DNA from: Nitrospirota bacterium | GTDB taxonomy: Bacteria > Nitrospirota > JACRHJ01 | Assembly: GCA_963733375.1 (NCBI GenBank) | Contig: CAVTDB010000020.1 | Location: 15,734 to 79,733, forward strand | Direction: 5' to 3' | Length of the DNA stretch: 64,000 bases | Shown here: piece after piece, positions 59,464 to 64,000 of the stretch | How the letters are laid out: each line of letters opens with the position of its first letter | How positions within the stretch are numbered: position 1 is the first letter of the stretch | The notes under the pieces: model-generated | The model's input: only the letters and a program-made list of their open reading frames with translations | Databases searched by the model: none | What the model was told of the DNA's origin: nothing | Program-made: the position numbers and the translations under genes

Positions 59464-61894
59464 TACGCCTCAATGCCGGCAGGCTGACCGTAAAAGTCGT
59501 ACCTGCCCCGAGTTCGCTCTCGACCTCTATACTGCCGTCATGGTCCTCGACTATCCTGTGGCATATGGCAAGCCCCAGGCCGGTGCCTTCGTTCGTGGGT
59601 TTCGTCGTGAAGAACGGGTCGAATATCTTATGGATATAATCGTGCGGAATTCCGCAACCGGTATCCGATACGCTCGTTTCGACCTCCCTGCCGTCTAAAG
59701 AGACGGCGGTCCTTATCGTCACCTTCCCGCCCTTCGGCATGAAATAGAGAGAGTTGATAATCAGGTTCATGAAGAGCTGCCGCAGCTGCCCCGGCTCCGC
59801 GCTGAGCATCGGCAGGCCCTGGCCTGCCTCCAGGACAACGGACTGCCCTGCCTTTTCGACCTTGTGGCGGACCAGAAGCAGGACCTCCTTGACGAGGTCG
59901 TTTATGTCAACTTCCCTCGCCGTCCCGCCGGACGGGCGCGCGAAATCGAGGAGGCCGGTTAAGATGTTCTTGCAGCGGAATATCTCCTTGTTTATCGTCT
60001 CCAGGTATTCGGGAAAGTCCTCGAACTCCCCAAGGGCGAGAAGCTTTTCATCTCTTGCCCTGTCTATAAGGGCCTCGGAGTAACCCGCTATTATGCCCAT
60101 CGGATTGTTTATTTCGTGCGCTATCCCCGCCGCGAGGCGGCCCAGGGATGCGAGCTTGTCGGAGCGCAGCATGTGCTGCTCCATCTTCTTCTGGCCCGTT
60201 ACGTCCTTGCAGTAGCTCACCAGCGCGAACTGCCTTCCGTCATCGTCTAAAAGGGGATACGTCCAGAAGTGGAAGGTGTTGCCCCTGCCGTCCGCAACTT
60301 CGCGGAAGGTAGGCTCTTTGCATTCCATAATCGACGGGCAGGGCGTCTCGCACGGGTTTATGCCCAGCGCCCTCAGTATTACAGAGCATTTTTCCCCCAT
60401 GACCTCTTTGTAAGGCAGCCCCGTGCGCTTCAGCACCGAGCGGTTCGCCCTCATTATCTCCTGGCTCGGGCCTTGTATCCAGACCATGTCGGTTATCGCG
60501 TCGAAAGTCTTCTCCCACTCCTTCTTCTCCCTGCTTATCTCCTCGAAAAGAGTCGCGTTCTGTATGGCGATGGAGATATGCTTCGCAACCGGGACGAGCA
60601 CCTCAAGGTCGCGCTCCGAGTATGCGCCCGGCTCCGTGCTGTCGAGGTTGAAGGAGCCCAGGACCGTCCCATGGTAGAGCGGGACGCTTACGGTGGAACG
60701 GATGCCTTCGCTTAAGAGCCTTTCATCGAGCGGGAAAGCCGCGGCGGCCTTCAGGTCGCTGTTTATGAACGGCTTGTTATTCAGCGTGACCCAGCCGGAG
60801 CTTGTGCCTTCGACCGGAGCCTTCATCCCCTTGGTCAACCGCGTCGCCATTTCCGTATCGACCGCGAATATATTCATCCATTTCCCGCCGGGGGTGAGGA
60901 GGTTTATGCTCGCGCGGTCGTAGCGGACGAGCCTGCGGGTCTCGGATGCGAGCAGCCGGAATATCGCGCCGATGCTGAGGCTGGAATTTATTATCCCCGC
61001 CACCTCGCTGATTACGCCTATCTGGGTTATCTTCTCGGTAAGCTTTTCAAAGAGCCTGGCATTCTCCAGCGCAATGCCGATATGGTTCCCGAGCATGACG
61101 AGAAGCTTCATGTCCATCGCCGTGAACCGGGAAGGCGTCCGGCTCGCCACTCCCAGCACGCCAAGGACCGCGCCTCTTGAGAGGATCGGCACGCCGGCAA
61201 TGCTCTCGATGCCCGCTTCAGCCATTCGGGGACGGTCTACGCGCGGATCTTCGGATGCCTTCCTGACCGTAAGCGGCCGACCGCTCGCCGCGACCCGTCC
61301 GCTGAAGAACTGGTTCGGCTTCAAGCTCTTTTCCTTGAAGAACGTATCCGTCAACCCCTTGTGCTCCTTGAGTCTTAGCTCCCCCGTCTCCTCATCCACG
61401 AGATAAATCCAGCCCGCCTCCGCACCCATGACCCCCATGATCATGCCTACCGCTTCTCCCGCGATGCGCGCGGTATCCATAGACTTGCTGACCGTGGTCG
61501 TGAGCGCACTGAACGCGTTCAGTTCCTTCGTCCGCTGGACGGCCTTCTGTTCCAGCCTCTTTCGCTCTGAAACGTCGCGTACGGCCACAACGCGGATGCT
61601 CTTGTAATCAAATACTGAAAATTCCGCGGGAAAGGCTTCTCCGTCCTTGCGCAGGCAGAGAGACTCCATGTTTTCAGCGCCTATAAGACTCTGAAAATCC
61701 GGTATTACCAGGTCTACCCGTTTACCGGCTATTTCCGGCGGCGTATAGGAAAAAATAACCTGGGCAGCCTGGTTAATGGAAGTGATGCGGGATTCTTTGT
61801 CCAGCGCAAACGCCGGGAGGCCGACCAGATCGAGCACCTCAAGGGCGGTTTCCGGCCTGACTTCGGATAGGACGGTTTTGAGCGGGCTTGTCAT
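59456..61894 (-). CDS. Cytoplasmic sensor histidine kinase PAS-GAF-GAF-PAS-HisKA-HATPase
   Basis: No TM segments; H-box 'AGIAHEINNP', 'QLFMNLIIN', 'DTGCGI', 'FDPFFTTK', 'GTGLGL'; likely ATG 61894. Confidence 0.92.
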
Positions 61895-61927
61895 AGAAAA
61901 ACCTGGGAAAAGGGTAATAAGCGGTAT

Positions 61928-61948
61928 TTTGGGGAAAAATTCCCCAAA
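61928..61948. promoter_or_regulatory. Palindromic operator in the divergent promoter region
   Basis: TTTGGGGAA-AAA-TTCCCCAAA, with the same GGGGAA-N3-TTCCCC core as 58087-58101. Confidence 0.55.
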
Positions 61949-62022
61949 TGTCAAGTTAATTGTTGACAAGTTAAGTCAGCCATGCTAATTATTATTCCAT
62001 ATTATTCTCTGGAGGTATTGCC

Positions 62023-62805
62023 TTGGAGCGGCCTGAATTCTGGGGTATCTATCCTTTTCTCATCCAGGCATTTCGTGTCCTCGCCGTAATTGCCTTGCTC
62101 GTTTTTTGTTCTGGCTCCTATAAAAAACTGAAAATATGGGCAGGCGGGCTCGTGGAAGAAGGCGAACTGGAAGGGAAGCCGTCTGTTTTCGGGCTTGCGG
62201 CCCTCTCGCTCTCTACTCTCTTTTCCTCCGGCTGCCTACTGGCAAAACGCTCGTTTCGCATCTCCACCGGCAGGGCGATTATCCTGATCGCTATCAAATG
62301 GTCTTTCCTGGTTTTTTTACTTGGCTGCATCTCGGTGCTTTTAAACGACAAAGTATTCGGCAGCGCCCTCCTGACAGGCGGCAGGTTTATTTTCTTCAAG
62401 GCAGTGCTGAACTGGGCTGGCATTTTCTTTATTATTGGTGTCGCGTACGCTATCGTACGCAGGTTCTTTTCCAGCATGGTCCCCTCCAGCGGCTACGATT
62501 ATTTCCTTCTGTTCCTCCTGCTGACGATTGCGGTAAGCTCTTTCATGATGCAGGGGCTCCGCTTTACGGTGGACAGCTGGTCTGATGCGGCGTACTCGCC
62601 TCTCGGGCTTCTCTTTAAGAACCTGTTCGCGGGCATGACGATAGAGAATGCAATGACGGCTTACAACGCCGTCTGGGCGCTGCATGCCCTGCTCGCGCTG
62701 TTCTTCGTGGCCTATATCCCCTATTCGAAAATCTTCCACATTTTTGCCGCGCAGATAACGACGGCCGCCGCAAAACGGCGCGAAAGGGCGGCAGGTATCG
62801 CATGA
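62023..62805 (+). CDS. NarI/HdrE-like membrane cytochrome b subunit
   Basis: Five to six TM helices, 'AIVRRF', 'WALHALLALFFVAYIPYSKIFHIF', typical of the nitrate reductase gamma family. Confidence 0.8.
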   Translation: MERPEFWGIYPFLIQAFRVLAVIALLVFCSGSYKKLKIWAGGLVEEGELEGKPSVFGLAALSLSTLFSSGCLLAKRSFRISTGRAIILIAIKWSFLVFLLGCISVLLNDKVFGSALLTGGRFIFFKAVLNWAGIFFIIGVAYAIVRRFFSSMVPSSGYDYFLLFLLLTIAVSSFMMQGLRFTVDSWSDAAYSPLGLLFKNLFAGMTIENAMTAYNAVWALHALLALFFVAYIPYSKIFHIFAAQITTAAAKRRERAAGIA

Positions 62806-64000
62806 AAAAGAAAACATCAAAACTGACGAACCTTCAGCTTATCGAGCTCGACGCCTGCACCGGATGCGGCCAGTGCCTGAAATTCTGCCCCGTGCAGGCG
62901 GCGTCCGGGGATTTATCCGCCTCCCCGCCGGAGAAGATAAGGCATTTCAAATACCTCATCGAATCATCTGGCGGGCTTCTGGCAAGGCTATTCGGGAAAA
63001 AGAAGCCTACGAGCGAGGAGATGGAGGGTTTTATCAGCCACCTCTATAAATGCACGACCTGCGGCGTGTGCGGGACGGTCTGCCCGGTCGGGATAAATAC
63101 GCAGAAGCTGTGGGCGGCACTCAGGGCGGAGGTGGTGAAACTCGGCTATCAGCCGGTGGGCAACCAGAAGACTGTGCCGGACCTCTACCGCCGCAGAAAG
63201 ACGCCTTATGAGAGGGATATCTCGGAGAAATGGGACTGGCGTCCGGCGGACCTGAAGTTTACGGACAGGCACGAGGTCGGATATTTCGTCGGTTGCGGCG
63301 TGTCGTTCTCCGCTCCGCCGATGGCGCTCGGCGCGGCCCGCATGCTCGAGGTAATACATGGCGGCTTTGCGATGCTCGAAGAGGAGCAGTGCTGCGGGTT
63401 CCCGCTTATGGTGCTGGGGTTCGAGGACATGATAGAGGAGATGGTGCGGCACAACGTCCGCGGGTTTGTGGATATGGGCGTCAAGAGGTTAGTAACGACC
63501 TGCGCTTGCTGCATGAGCTTCCTGAGTAATAATTGGGCGAAGTACGTCGGCGGCAGGCTGCCGTTTGAGGTAATACACATCTCGCAGGAAGTGGCGGGCG
63601 CGGTAGCGGCCGGGAAGATAAAGTTTACGAAGGAACTGGGTGAGACGCTCTGCTACCACGACCCCTGCTACATCTCGCGCGGAAAGCCTTATGTCGTAGA
63701 GGAGCCGAGGAAAATTATAAAGTCGATACCGGGAGTGAAATTCCTGGAGATGGAACGAAACCGTCAGTTTTCCAAGTGCTGTGGAGCGGGCGGCGGTATC
63801 AGGCGCGCCCAGACGGAGGACTTCACGAGAGTTTCATGCGACATTGCGCTCGAAGTGATAAAAGACGCAGAGGCGCTTGGCGCAAATACTCTCGCCATTA
63901 ACTGTCCCGCGTGCTACGAGCGCATGCACCTGGCTATAAAGCAGACAAGCTACAAGACCGCCCTGAAAATAAAAGACATAATGCAGATAGCGTCGGAGCA
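62802..64000 (+). CDS. HdrD/GlpC-like Fe-S oxidoreductase with two CCG domains; runs off the window edge
   Basis: Not in the ORF track as one ORF. From ATG 62802: 'DACTGCGQCLKFCPV', 'CTTCGVCGTVCPVGI', 'YFVGC', 'EQCCG', 'YHDPCY', 'KCCGAGGG', 'NCPAC'. Confidence 0.9.
   Translation, partial: MKKKTSKLTNLQLIELDACTGCGQCLKFCPVQAASGDLSASPPEKIRHFKYLIESSGGLLARLFGKKKPTSEEMEGFISHLYKCTTCGVCGTVCPVGINTQKLWAALRAEVVKLGYQPVGNQKTVPDLYRRRKTPYERDISEKWDWRPADLKFTDRHEVGYFVGCGVSFSAPPMALGAARMLEVIHGGFAMLEEEQCCGFPLMVLGFEDMIEEMVRHNVRGFVDMGVKRLVTTCACCMSFLSNNWAKYVGGRLPFEVIHISQEVAGAVAAGKIKFTKELGETLCYHDPCYISRGKPYVVEEPRKIIKSIPGVKFLEMERNRQFSKCCGAGGGIRRAQTEDFTRVSCDIALEVIKDAEALGANTLAINCPACYERMHLAIKQTSYKTALKIKDIMQIASE

Overview
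Bacterial chromosome segment, GC-rich in coding regions. The gene content suggests an anaerobe such as Nitrospirota or Desulfobacterota; this is inference. About 25-30 single-base frameshifts, including in essential genes (frr, bamA), look like uncorrected sequencing or assembly errors, so split ORFs are reported as single genes. (1) 1-5132 is the right part of a Mu/Tn7-like DDE transposable element: transposase, AAA+ ATPase, a phage-type HTH protein and a partial Dam-family methylase. The HTH gene is fused in frame to a diverged ~1.1 kb copy of the sigma54 activator lying immediately outside the element (5135-6490), without its phospho-acceptor region. (2) 5135-34293 is host core: sigma54 two-component pair, stomatin/NfeD, SurA-like, BamA/TamA, TamB, glnD, GH57 branching enzyme, ferredoxin, frr-pyrH-tsf-rpsB, FprA, ligA. 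(3) 34469-47031 holds tRNA-Cys, DUF748, hemerythrin, Ku-LigD (NHEJ), epimerase, RRM, macrodomain, USP, tRNA-Glu, an Fsr-like MFS transporter and tex. (4) 47162-61894 is a 12-gene corrinoid methyl-transfer operon behind a consensus sigma54 promoter, with its own sensor kinase and activator. It encodes two MtaA/CmuA-type methyltransferases, an MtrH-like protein, a corrinoid protein, RACo, a QueG/RdhA-like Fe-S protein, an AhpD/CMD protein, two radical SAMs and a class I methyltransferase. (5) From 62023 a divergent HdrDE-like (NarI + CCG) module shares a palindromic site with the operon's enhancer region. The best candidates for undescribed systems are the transposon-captured sigma54 activator and the corrinoid/radical-SAM operon.
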